DNA from: Hydrogenophaga intermedia
Lineage (GTDB): Bacteria; Pseudomonadota; Gammaproteobacteria; Burkholderiales; Burkholderiaceae_C
Direction of reading: 5' to 3'
NCBI GenBank assembly: GCA_943370175.1
Contig: CALRPU020000010.1
Location: 61,984-93,983, forward strand
DNA length: 32,000 nt
Below are positions 7,678-15,273 of the stretch, in pieces (positions within the stretch are counted from its first letter, which is position 1; each line of letters begins with the position of its first letter). The position numbers were made by a program, and so were the translations under genes. Below the pieces are notes generated by a model. The model made no database searches and was not told the DNA's origin. It was given only the letters and a program-made list of their open reading frames with translations.

Positions 7678-8619
7678 TCAGGCGTCGCCGGCTTTCACCG
7701 CCAGGCGCTGGGTCCACTGGCGGTCGTTGGTGTCGGTCACCTCGGCCAGCAGCTCGCCCTCGGCCTGGGCGAGGAAGTTGAAGCGCAGGCTCGGGTTCTC
7801 GCTGAGGCTGAAATCGACGTCCGCCTGCAGCACCGGCTTGCCCGCATAAGTCACCACCACCTTGCGCACGAAGACCGGCGCCGGGGCCAGCCGGGTCAGC
7901 TGGTCGATGGCCAGGCCCGAGACGTTGGGGTGGCTGATCATCAGCTGCGCCAGCGCCGGCTTGCCCGGCACCACCGGCCCGTCCACCCGCAGGCGCATGC
8001 GGCCCAGCCGCGCCATCGCCTCGGCCAGGTCCTTGCCCGCGGGCGCCGAGCAGCCGCCCGAGGCCTTCAGGAAGCGGCTGACCATGGCCAGGCGCCCGTC
8101 CTGCAGTTCGGCCACGGCGCGCACGGTGGTGTATTCCTCCACCCTCACGCGGGTCTCGATGTCGGCGCGGCCACTGTCGGGGGTGAAGGCGAACACCGCG
8201 CCCATCGGCGAGGGGTTGTTGTCGATGACCAGGTGGATCTTGCGGATCCAGCGCGTGGGCGACTGCGCCACCTGGGCCCGCACCGCCACCGGCACCACGG
8301 CGGCGTCCTCGGCCCGCACGGGGGTGTCGAGCACGAGCAGGTCGGTCGCGTTGTCCAGAATCGCGCGGTCGCCGAACAGCGACTGGCGCAGCTGGGCCCA
8401 GTGCTGTTCGGGCGTCGGCTTCGGGGCGGCCTGTGCCTGGGCACGGGCGGGTGCCAGCGCCAAGCCCAGTCCCATCGCCGCGCAGCCCGCCACCCCGGCA
8501 GCGCCGATCAGGTGCAGGCAGTCGCGCCGCTGAAAGCCGGTGTCGCCCTGAGCTCTGATCGCCGGGTTCAAGCCGACCGCGGTGGCCGGGCGTTCGGGGT
8601 GCGAATGGCGATGGGTCAT
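7678..8619 (-). CDS. Exported fused SoxY-SoxZ-like carrier protein (quinoprotein dehydrogenase-associated SoxYZ-like carrier type)
   Basis: A twin-arginine signal (FQRRDCLHLIGAAGVAG...APARA) is present. A SoxY-like domain ends in SGGCSAP, which parallels the SoxY GGCGG carrier-Cys motif. A SoxZ-like beta domain follows (ISHPNVSGL...VTYAGKPV...). I chose the ATG at 8619 with a GGAG RBS; the track ORF extends to 8655. Confidence 0.72.
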   Translation of the reverse strand: MTHRHSHPERPATAVGLNPAIRAQGDTGFQRRDCLHLIGAAGVAGCAAMGLGLALAPARAQAQAAPKPTPEQHWAQLRQSLFGDRAILDNATDLLVLDTPVRAEDAAVVPVAVRAQVAQSPTRWIRKIHLVIDNNPSPMGAVFAFTPDSGRADIETRVRVEEYTTVRAVAELQDGRLAMVSRFLKASGGCSAPAGKDLAEAMARLGRMRLRVDGPVVPGKPALAQLMISHPNVSGLAIDQLTRLAPAPVFVRKVVVTYAGKPVLQADVDFSLSENPSLRFNFLAQAEGELLAEVTDTNDRQWTQRLAVKAGDA

Positions 8620-8719
8620 GGGGGCTCCAGTGGTGCGGGTCGGCCCGCCCGGCATCGGGCGCGCCGACGCGTGATCAGCTGGTCAGCATAGGAGCCGACC
8701 GACCCTTTGTCGATCAGGG

Positions 8720-9505
8720 TCAACCAAGCTGACACACCCGCCGCGTTGCCTCGCACAGGTGGTGCAGGCGCGCCGGGTCCAGTGCGCCGCTGCGGTCGCC
8801 GGCGCACACGGCGCTGCGGAAGCCGGCGAAGTCGGGCGCCAGGCTGCGCAGCGCGGGCAGTTCGTCCTGGCGCAGGGCGCCGGCCAGGCCGGCCAGGCAG
8901 CGCCCCTCGTGCTGCACCATGGCGATGAACTGGGCCAGCGCGGCGGCGTCCACACGGTCCAGCAGGCTGCCTTGGCCCTTGGCCGCCGTGTCCAGCATCA
9001 GCGCCGGAAAACGCCGCAGCGCCAGCGCGCGCGCCACTTGGGCGCGGTTGACGCCGGCGTCGGCCAGCAGCACGGGCACGATGGCCGCCGGGTGGGCGGC
9101 CAGCGCGTCCAGCAGCGCCAGCGCGCCGGGCTGCTGGTCGATGCCCACCTTGACGTAGTCGACGCCGCTGGCGGCCACCGCGTCCACCCGCGCCAGCACC
9201 GCGCCCAGCGGGGCGCTGGGCAGGTCGCCGGTGGTCGCGCTGATGAGGGCCTTCGGCGCGTGCTCACGCAGCCACGGCACGATCTCCCGCGCCACCGCGT
9301 CGGGCAGGCTGCCCAAGGCGCCGGCGCTCGGCTCTTTCAGGTCGATGAAGTCGACCCCGGCGGCCGCGGCGAGGCGCGCCTCGTCGAGGTTGCGCACACT
9401 GACGAGCAGCCGCAGCGGGCGCGCGAGGCGTTGAGCGGCCGCCGCCGCCGCTGTGGAGGCCGATGCCGATGCCGAAGCGTCCCCCGCGGGAATCGGCGCG
9501 CTCAC
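8720..9505 (-). CDS. mfnB: (5-formylfuran-3-yl)methyl phosphate synthase (methanofuran biosynthesis, DUF556 family)
   Basis: LLVSVRNLDEA...GVDFIDLKEPSAGALG...VDYVKVG...MLDTAAKGQGSLLD...LAGLAGAL...AGFRSAVC aligns along its length with archaeal MfnB as I recall it. I chose the GTG at 9505, which forms a GTGA overlap with the DUF447 stop. That start is uncertain. Confidence 0.82.
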   Translation of the reverse strand: MSAPIPAGDASASASASTAAAAAAQRLARPLRLLVSVRNLDEARLAAAAGVDFIDLKEPSAGALGSLPDAVAREIVPWLREHAPKALISATTGDLPSAPLGAVLARVDAVAASGVDYVKVGIDQQPGALALLDALAAHPAAIVPVLLADAGVNRAQVARALALRRFPALMLDTAAKGQGSLLDRVDAAALAQFIAMVQHEGRCLAGLAGALRQDELPALRSLAPDFAGFRSAVCAGDRSGALDPARLHHLCEATRRVCQLG

Positions 9506-10077
9506 GAGGCGGCCCCGGCGCGGTGGGCGGCCACCGCCTCGTTGAGCCAGTCCCAGGCCTCGCGCTCGGCGTCGCCGGCGGTGCGGTCGATGGCGATCTG
9601 CAGGTGGGCCCATTCGCGGTCGACGCGCTCGGCGCTGAGCAGGTGCAGCCGGCTCACCAACACCGCGCCCTCCACCACGGCGGCCTGAGCGCGGTTCATG
9701 CCGCCGAAAGGGGCATTGGCCACGGTGGCGGTGCGCCGCAGGGTCAGCGTTGGGCGCTGGGCGTCATGGTCGTGGTGCTCGAGGCGCAGCGGGGCGTGCA
9801 CCAGCGCGCAGTCCAGCCGCACGCCGTCGGCCGGGTCGTCGAGCGCCACAGTGGGCCACTGGCGGCGCCCGGTCACGCAGCCGGCGAACACGCGCACGTC
9901 GGTGATCAGGTTCAACACGGCGCGGCCGGTGGCCTCGATGTTGGCCAGCGTGGTCGACGGGCGAAAGGGCATCAGCAGCACCTGATCGCCGCGCAGCCGC
10001 ACGCCCATCGGGGCGATGTGCACGGCGCCGTCGGCAGCGCGGGTGGTGACGACGGTCTCGAAGATGGGCTCGGTCAT
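9502..10077 (-). CDS. DUF447-family (FMN-binding split-barrel-like) protein associated with H4MPT gene islands
   Basis: The 191-aa ORF begins MTEPIFETVVTTRAADGAVHIAPMGV... The size, N-terminus and conserved position between the DHPS-like gene and mfnB fit this family. Confidence 0.68.
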   Translation of the reverse strand: MTEPIFETVVTTRAADGAVHIAPMGVRLRGDQVLLMPFRPSTTLANIEATGRAVLNLITDVRVFAGCVTGRRQWPTVALDDPADGVRLDCALVHAPLRLEHHDHDAQRPTLTLRRTATVANAPFGGMNRAQAAVVEGAVLVSRLHLLSAERVDREWAHLQIAIDRTAGDAEREAWDWLNEAVAAHRAGAAS

Positions 10078-10099
10078 GACAGGCGGTGGGGCGGTCGGG

Positions 10100-11647
10100 T
10101 CAGGCCGCGGCGGGCGGCTCGGTGCTCGCCTGCGCGCCGGGGCTTGGGTTGGGGGCCGACGTTGGGGACGGCGTCGGCGTCGGTGTCGGTGTCGAACCCA
10201 GGTCCGGGTTCATCGGCCGCATTGCAGTCTTGTGGGTCAGCGTGGTGCCGGGGGCGCACCAGGCCTGGTCATCGCCGGTGCCGCCGGGCGCGGGATCCGC
10301 CGCCACGCCCCAGTCCAGCGGCTGGTCCTGCACGTAGCGCTTGCCGAGCTGCCAGGCGATGTGCGCGCGCGCCGCTTCCACGCCCATGTAGTAGGCGTGC
10401 GCGGCGTCGTGTTCCAGGCCGAGCTGCGGCCACAGGGCGTAGGGGTCCTGCACCAGGCGCAGGCCATCGCGGTTGTAGACATGCAGCCCGGCCTCGGACA
10501 CCTGGATGCGGAAATTCGGGTCCTTGACGCCCGCCGCCACCGTGGCGATCTCGTCGGCGCTGTCCGGGAAGGGCCGCTTGGCGTGCACCGTCATCAGCCC
10601 GTCCGACAGGCCCTTGGGCAGCACGCGGTGTCGCTGCGCGGCGTGCATCACGCGGCGCGCCAGGTCGGCTTCGCGCACCGCGCGGCGGGCGTGCGGGCTG
10701 ACCTGCGTGGTCAGCACCGCGCCCACGTCCAATTCGGCCGCGATGCCGAACAGCATGGCGTTGATCCCGCTGGTGTCGGCTTCGGTCAGCTCGGTCAGGT
10801 TGCCCACGCCCAGCATGATCGGCGCGGTGGGGAAGCGCTCGCGCAGCCGGTGGTAGCGCACCAGCGAGGCCAGCACGCCAAAGGGAATCGGGTCGAGGAT
10901 CGCGTCCGCATAGAAGGCGCGGCCACGCGCCTGGAACTGCTCGACCAGTTGCCACAGGCTGGCCTCGTCCTGCGGCTGTCGCGGGATCAGGATCGGCGTG
11001 GACGCGACCTCGTCGGCGATCCACGCGGTGTCCAGCGTCAGGCTCAGCAGGTAGTCGGCGCCGGCGTGGCCGCCGCGCAGCAACTCCTGGGCGTTCAAGG
11101 AGTCGACGCTGACGCGATGGCCGGCCTGCTTCAGCGCCCGCACCGCGTCTTCCAGGTGGTCGAACGGGGTGTCGGGCAGCGCGCCCAGGTCGATGACGTC
11201 GGCGCCATCGCGACGCAGCAGGTCGGCCCGGGCCACGATGGCGGGCACGTCCAGCCGTGGCGCATCGACGATCTCGGCAAAGATCAGCACCGATTGCTCG
11301 TCCAGGCTGATCGGCCGGGCCTGCCGCTTGAAGTGGGCGGGCAGGTCCTTCAGTTCTTCCGGGCCGCGCTGCACCGGCATGCCGTAGTGGGCGCTGAGCG
11401 CGTCCAGGTCGGCGCGGCAGCGGCCGGGCAGGATCAAACGGTCGGCGTCAACGGGCCGGGGCACGCGGCGCTGGATCAGCTCGCCTGTCATCAGCGCGGC
11501 CACTTGCACGCCGATCTCCCGCACCGCCCAGGTGAAGGGGGCCGCGCCCTGCTCGGTGTCCATGCCCTCGAGCACGCGTTTCAGCGCCGGTTCGGCCAGT
11601 CGGCCGGTCAGGAAGAGGATGCGTTCCACGGGGGCGGGCAAACTCAC
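10100..11647 (-). CDS. Dihydropteroate synthase-like protein of H4MPT biosynthesis islands, with a Pro/Thr-rich C-terminal tail
   Basis: GADVIDLGA...SVDS...LGVGNLTELTEADTSGINA is a pterin-binding DHPS-type barrel pattern preceded by an N-terminal extra domain. The last ~68 aa are low complexity (TPTPTPTPSPTSAPNPSP). Confidence 0.8.
   Translation of the reverse strand: MSLPAPVERILFLTGRLAEPALKRVLEGMDTEQGAAPFTWAVREIGVQVAALMTGELIQRRVPRPVDADRLILPGRCRADLDALSAHYGMPVQRGPEELKDLPAHFKRQARPISLDEQSVLIFAEIVDAPRLDVPAIVARADLLRRDGADVIDLGALPDTPFDHLEDAVRALKQAGHRVSVDSLNAQELLRGGHAGADYLLSLTLDTAWIADEVASTPILIPRQPQDEASLWQLVEQFQARGRAFYADAILDPIPFGVLASLVRYHRLRERFPTAPIMLGVGNLTELTEADTSGINAMLFGIAAELDVGAVLTTQVSPHARRAVREADLARRVMHAAQRHRVLPKGLSDGLMTVHAKRPFPDSADEIATVAAGVKDPNFRIQVSEAGLHVYNRDGLRLVQDPYALWPQLGLEHDAAHAYYMGVEAARAHIAWQLGKRYVQDQPLDWGVAADPAPGGTGDDQAWCAPGTTLTHKTAMRPMNPDLGSTPTPTPTPSPTSAPNPSPGAQASTEPPAAA
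10170..10193. repeat. Hexanucleotide tandem repeat (GGCGTC x2, GGTGTC x2)
   Basis: Read directly from the sequence. On the minus strand it encodes the TPTPTPTP run in the tail of the DHPS-like protein. Confidence 0.85.
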
Positions 11648-11653
11648 ACCGGC

Positions 11654-12217
11654 TCAGGCGAGCCAAGCCAGGCCCAGCGCAGCGAGCCGCGCGCTGAGCG
11701 CTGCTTCCAGCTCGGCGGGCGAGGCCACGACCTGGCAGAACTCGATCTGCCGCAGGCGCTCGACGTTGTCCAGTTCGAGGCGCCGCGGGCGCAGCGTGAC
11801 CCAGTCGTGCGGCGCGCGGGTCACCACCACGGGTTCGGTGTCGCAGGCGAACACCAGGCCGGGGATGCCCAGCTTGCCAGCCTGCGCGAACATGTTCGTG
11901 GGCAGGGTGTCGCTCAGGCCCAGCGCGCACTTGGCCACGGTGTTGCTCGTGGCCGGGGCCACCACCACCGTGTGGTAGGTCTGTTCGTACAGGCTGCCCA
12001 CCGGCACCGCGCTGGCGGTCTTGTCGCGGTAGACGCGAAACCGCGGCTTCAGCGCGTCGAGCTTGTGGCCGTACATTGGCAGCACTTCTTCGGCTGCGGC
12101 CGACAGGTACAGGTCGACGTCGGGCAGGCGGGCCGCGATGGCCAGCGATTCGTCCAGGAAGTGGCCGGAGCCGGTCACGGCCCAGGCAAAGCGGCGCGCG
12201 GCCGGGGGAGGGGTCAT
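11654..12217 (-). CDS. Flavoprotein of the AfpA/DmrB type (probable dihydromethanopterin reductase)
   Basis: FAWAVTGSGHFLDES...VVVAPATSNTVAKCALGLSDTL is the flavoprotein (PF02441-like) signature. It is the first gene of the minus-strand cofactor operon. I chose the ATG at 12217, inside track ORF 11654..12400. Confidence 0.7.
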   Translation of the reverse strand: MTPPPAARRFAWAVTGSGHFLDESLAIAARLPDVDLYLSAAAEEVLPMYGHKLDALKPRFRVYRDKTASAVPVGSLYEQTYHTVVVAPATSNTVAKCALGLSDTLPTNMFAQAGKLGIPGLVFACDTEPVVVTRAPHDWVTLRPRRLELDNVERLRQIEFCQVVASPAELEAALSARLAALGLAWLA

Positions 12218-12404
12218 GTCGTCGGGCAAGGGGTCTGGGGTCGGCCGTGGGGTCACACAGGGCGCGCGGTGCGGCGCAGGCGGTGCTGGCAATTGTCGGG
12301 CCCGGCCCGCCGCGCGGCGGGCCTGGGGGCATGGCCGGCGCAGGCGGCCTGTCGCAAACGCCGGGTGGCAACCGCCCGTTCGCGACCGCCCACCGCGCAC
12401 GGGC

Positions 12405-14468
12405 TCAGCCCGCCTGGGTCACGGGAATGTGCAACTTGTGCATGCGCCGGTACAGGGTGTTGCGGCTCACGGCCAGGTCCTTGGCCACCTGGCTGACGTT
12501 CCAGCGGTGCGATTCCAGCAGGTCCAGCAGGTCCTGGCGCTCCTGGGCCTGGGCCGGCCCCAGCGCGGGCGCGTCGTCTTGGGCTTCGACGGGGTCGTGC
12601 GCAGCCAACGGCCCGCTGCCGGGCACCCGTGCCCGCGCGCCTTGCAGCGAGGGCAGGTGCTCCGGGGTCAGCGTGCCGCCGTCGGCCAGGGCCACGCCGC
12701 TGCGCAGCACGTGGCGCAGTTGCCGCACGTTGCCGGGCCAGGGGTGGTGCATCAGCAGGTCCCAGGCGGCGGGGCTCACGGGGGCGTCGGGGGCGCCCTC
12801 GGCGGTCAGCAGGTCGCGGATCAGCTGGGCCCGGTCGCTGCGTTCGCGCAGCGCCGGCAGGTTCAGCTCGATGCCGGCCAGGCGGTAGTACAGGTCTTCG
12901 CGGAAGCGGCCTTCGGCCACCAGTTGCGGCAGGTGACGGTGGCTGGCGCTGAGCAGCTGGAAGTCCACCGGGTGCGCCTCGTCCGTGCCCAGCGGGGTGA
13001 CCATGCGCTCGTCGAGCACGCGCAGCAGCCGCGCCTGCAGTGCCAGCGGCATGTCGCCGATTTCGTCGAGGAACAGCGTGCCGCCGTCGGCCTGCGCGAT
13101 CTTGCCGCGCCGCCCGCGCCGCTCGGCCCCGGTGAAGGCCCCGGCGCGGTAGCCGAACAACTCCGCCTCGATCAGGTTCTCGGGCAAGCTGGCGCAGTTG
13201 ATGGCGACGAAGGGGCCGTCGTGACGTGGGCTGCCGGCGTGAACCGAGTGGGCAAACACCTCCTTGCCGACCCCCGTTTCGCCGCACAGCAGCAGCGGCG
13301 TGCCGCGCGCGATGACGCGCCGCGCGGTGGCCAGGTGGGTTTGCAGCCGCGGGTCGCCGTAGGTGGCGGTGGGCGGTGCTGCGCGGTGGGCAGCACTGGA
13401 CGCGGTGCCGGACACCACCAGCGCGGTCGGGCTGGCGTGGCCTCCGCCCAGGGCCGTGGCCCCCGCGCGGCCGTTGAGCATCGACCGGCGCCCGGGCGTC
13501 GCCGCTGGGTCGTCGGCGCTGCGCAGCGCGCTCGGCTCGTCGTGCGCGGGTTGGCGCGCCACCGCAAAAAAGCGGTGTGCCGCGTTGGCGCGGTAGGTCA
13601 CCACCGGGTGGAAGCTCGCGCGCTGGCTGCGCTCCAGGATGTCGTCCAGCGTGGTCTGAAAGATCTCGTCCAGCCGGCGTCGGCGCACCTCGCGCACGGA
13701 GTTCAGGCCCAGCTGGAACAACGCACTGCGGTTGGCGGCCAGCACCTGGCCCTCGTGGTCGACGATCAGCTTGCCTTCGTGCAGCGTGTAGACAAACTCG
13801 GGGCGGCTGTGGAAGTGGATCGGGTGGGCGTCGCGGAAGCGGTGGTCGATCAGCCGGTTTTCGATCATCCGGGCCGTCATGCCCAGCAGCACCAACAGGT
13901 GCTGCTGCGACATCTGCGAGCGGCTGGTGACGTCCAGCACCGCGCACATTTCGCCCGCCGGGTCGTAGACCGGCACGGCCGAACAAGTCAGTTGCGCATA
14001 CTGGGTAAAAAAGTGCTCATCCAGGCGCACCGCGATCGGCGCGGCCGCCGCCACGCAGGTGCCCATGCCGTTGGTGCCGGCCTCGGCCTCGCTCCAGACC
14101 GCGCCCACCTGCAGGCCCAGGGGTGCGGCGTTGCGCTCGAATTCCGGCGAACTGACCATGTGCAGGATGACGCCGGCGGTGTTGGTCAGCACCACGGCCG
14201 ATTCCGGGTCGCCCAGCTGCTGGTACAGCGTGGTCATTTCGTAGCGCGCGCAGTCGATCACGTCGGCCATGCGGGCGTGGTGGCTGGACAGCTCGTCGCG
14301 GCTGAGCACCGGCGGGCGCCGCGGCTGGCGCGGGTCCAGCCGGTACTGGTTCAGGCACCGGGCCCAGGAATGCGCGACGACGTCGCTGGTGGTGTCGCTG
14401 GCGCCGCGTGCAACCACGTCAAGAATCCGGTCGGCATGCCGATGGGGTTCATGCAGCGAGGTGGACAT
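12405..14468 (-). CDS. Sigma-54-dependent transcriptional activator, AcoR-like (N-terminal GAF-type sensor, AAA+ domain, C-terminal HTH)
   Basis: It carries Walker A GETGVGKE, the sigma-54 contact loop GAFTGA, Walker B GGTLFLDEIGDM, PWPGNVRQL, and the C-terminal HTH NVSQVAKDLAVSRNTLYRRMHKL. The N-terminal region has GAF-like sequence (GTNGMGTC...VPVYD..GE..AVLDV). Confidence 0.92.
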   Translation of the reverse strand: MSTSLHEPHRHADRILDVVARGASDTTSDVVAHSWARCLNQYRLDPRQPRRPPVLSRDELSSHHARMADVIDCARYEMTTLYQQLGDPESAVVLTNTAGVILHMVSSPEFERNAAPLGLQVGAVWSEAEAGTNGMGTCVAAAAPIAVRLDEHFFTQYAQLTCSAVPVYDPAGEMCAVLDVTSRSQMSQQHLLVLLGMTARMIENRLIDHRFRDAHPIHFHSRPEFVYTLHEGKLIVDHEGQVLAANRSALFQLGLNSVREVRRRRLDEIFQTTLDDILERSQRASFHPVVTYRANAAHRFFAVARQPAHDEPSALRSADDPAATPGRRSMLNGRAGATALGGGHASPTALVVSGTASSAAHRAAPPTATYGDPRLQTHLATARRVIARGTPLLLCGETGVGKEVFAHSVHAGSPRHDGPFVAINCASLPENLIEAELFGYRAGAFTGAERRGRRGKIAQADGGTLFLDEIGDMPLALQARLLRVLDERMVTPLGTDEAHPVDFQLLSASHRHLPQLVAEGRFREDLYYRLAGIELNLPALRERSDRAQLIRDLLTAEGAPDAPVSPAAWDLLMHHPWPGNVRQLRHVLRSGVALADGGTLTPEHLPSLQGARARVPGSGPLAAHDPVEAQDDAPALGPAQAQERQDLLDLLESHRWNVSQVAKDLAVSRNTLYRRMHKLHIPVTQAG

Positions 14469-14470
14469 CG

Positions 14471-14490
14471 GGGAACTCCTGGGAACTCAG
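14471..14490. repeat. Direct tandem 10-mer GGGAACTCCT / GGGAACTCAG
   Basis: Read directly from the sequence. It lies immediately upstream of the activator start codon on the minus strand. One copy supplies the AGGAG RBS. Confidence 0.8.
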
Positions 14491-14632
14491 ACCATTCAAG
14501 CGGCGCAGTGTGGCCCAAAATGCCCCTGGTGCCTTGCGCAATTGCCCTGATGCGGGCGCGAGGCAAGGCGGCTGCGGGTTATCCCGTAAACGTGCCGACA
14601 GCGCACCACCCGCGCGCCGCCAGCCACGCCGA

Positions 14633-14647
14633 TGGCCCACAAGTTGC
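14633..14647 (+). promoter_or_regulatory. Candidate sigma-54 (-24/-12) promoter for the folB-like/mptG/mtdB/mch operon
   Basis: TGGCCC-ACAAG-TTGC matches 9 of 10 consensus positions, with the GG and GC correctly spaced. The leader would be about 45 nt, running to a strong GAGGAGGAG RBS and the ATG at 14705. Confidence 0.45.
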
Positions 14648-14704
14648 GAACATGCACGCCCAACCAACCCGAGATTCCGGGCCCACGCCCCGAGGAGGAG
14701 ACCG

Positions 14705-15244
14705 ATGAACACCCCCCGCTTGAGCCAGCCGGCCGACCTGGGCGCCCCGGGCGCTGCGTCGGCGGCCGCCGAGCCGCTGGACCTGATCTTCATCGAAGGC
14801 TTCCGCGGCAACACCGTCATCGGCATCCACGACAGCGAACTGCACCGCCCGCAGCCCCTGGTCATCGACGTGTGCGCCGGCCTGCCCCGCGCGGGCGCCT
14901 GCGACACCGATCAGATCGTCGACACCATCGACTACGGCGTGCTGCGTGAGCGCCTGGGACGCTTGATGGCGGAACATGGTGTGACGCTGCTGGAAGCGCT
15001 GGCGGAACAGATTGCCCACATCGCCATCGATGAGTTCGGCGCGCACTGGGTGCGCGTCAAGGTGGTCAAGCCCCGCAAGTTTGACGACGTCGAGGCGGTG
15101 GGCGTGCAGATCGAGCGTCGCCGCCCGGCCGTGGCCAAGGCCGCCGGCCCGACGGCCAGCGCGGCGGTCGCCTCGGCGGCCAGCGGCAGCGGCGCGGCCG
15201 TGCTCCGCCTGATCGGCAACGGCATGGTGCCGGCCGCCCTTTGA
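14705..15244 (+). CDS. Dihydroneopterin aldolase (FolB) family protein, pterin branch of H4MPT biosynthesis
   Basis: LIFIEGFRGNTVIGIHDSELHRPQPLVIDV...DTIDYGVL...VRVKVVKPRKF is the FolB fold pattern. A strong RBS precedes the ATG at 14705, which lies inside track ORF 14408..15244. The C-terminal tail is Ala/Ser-rich. Confidence 0.8.
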   Translation: MNTPRLSQPADLGAPGAASAAAEPLDLIFIEGFRGNTVIGIHDSELHRPQPLVIDVCAGLPRAGACDTDQIVDTIDYGVLRERLGRLMAEHGVTLLEALAEQIAHIAIDEFGAHWVRVKVVKPRKFDDVEAVGVQIERRRPAVAKAAGPTASAAVASAASGSGAAVLRLIGNGMVPAAL

Positions 15245-15273
15245 CCCCAGGCCGCGTCGCCAACCCCGCCCGG

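Noticed and set aside
14519-14545. TGGTGCCTTGCGCAATTGCC in the activator/folB spacer, considered as a sigma-54 site
   Set aside because: The TTGC words are 4 or 12 nt after the TGGTGC hexamer, not the required 5. The element at 14633-14647 fits much better.
10016-14708. Very long plus-strand ORFs (10016..12496, 826 aa; 12063..14708, 881 aa) opposite the DHPS-like, flavoprotein and activator genes
   Set aside because: Same shadow-ORF artefact. The composition is low-complexity Arg/Gly/Ala/Pro, and the opposite strand encodes proteins with clear catalytic motifs.
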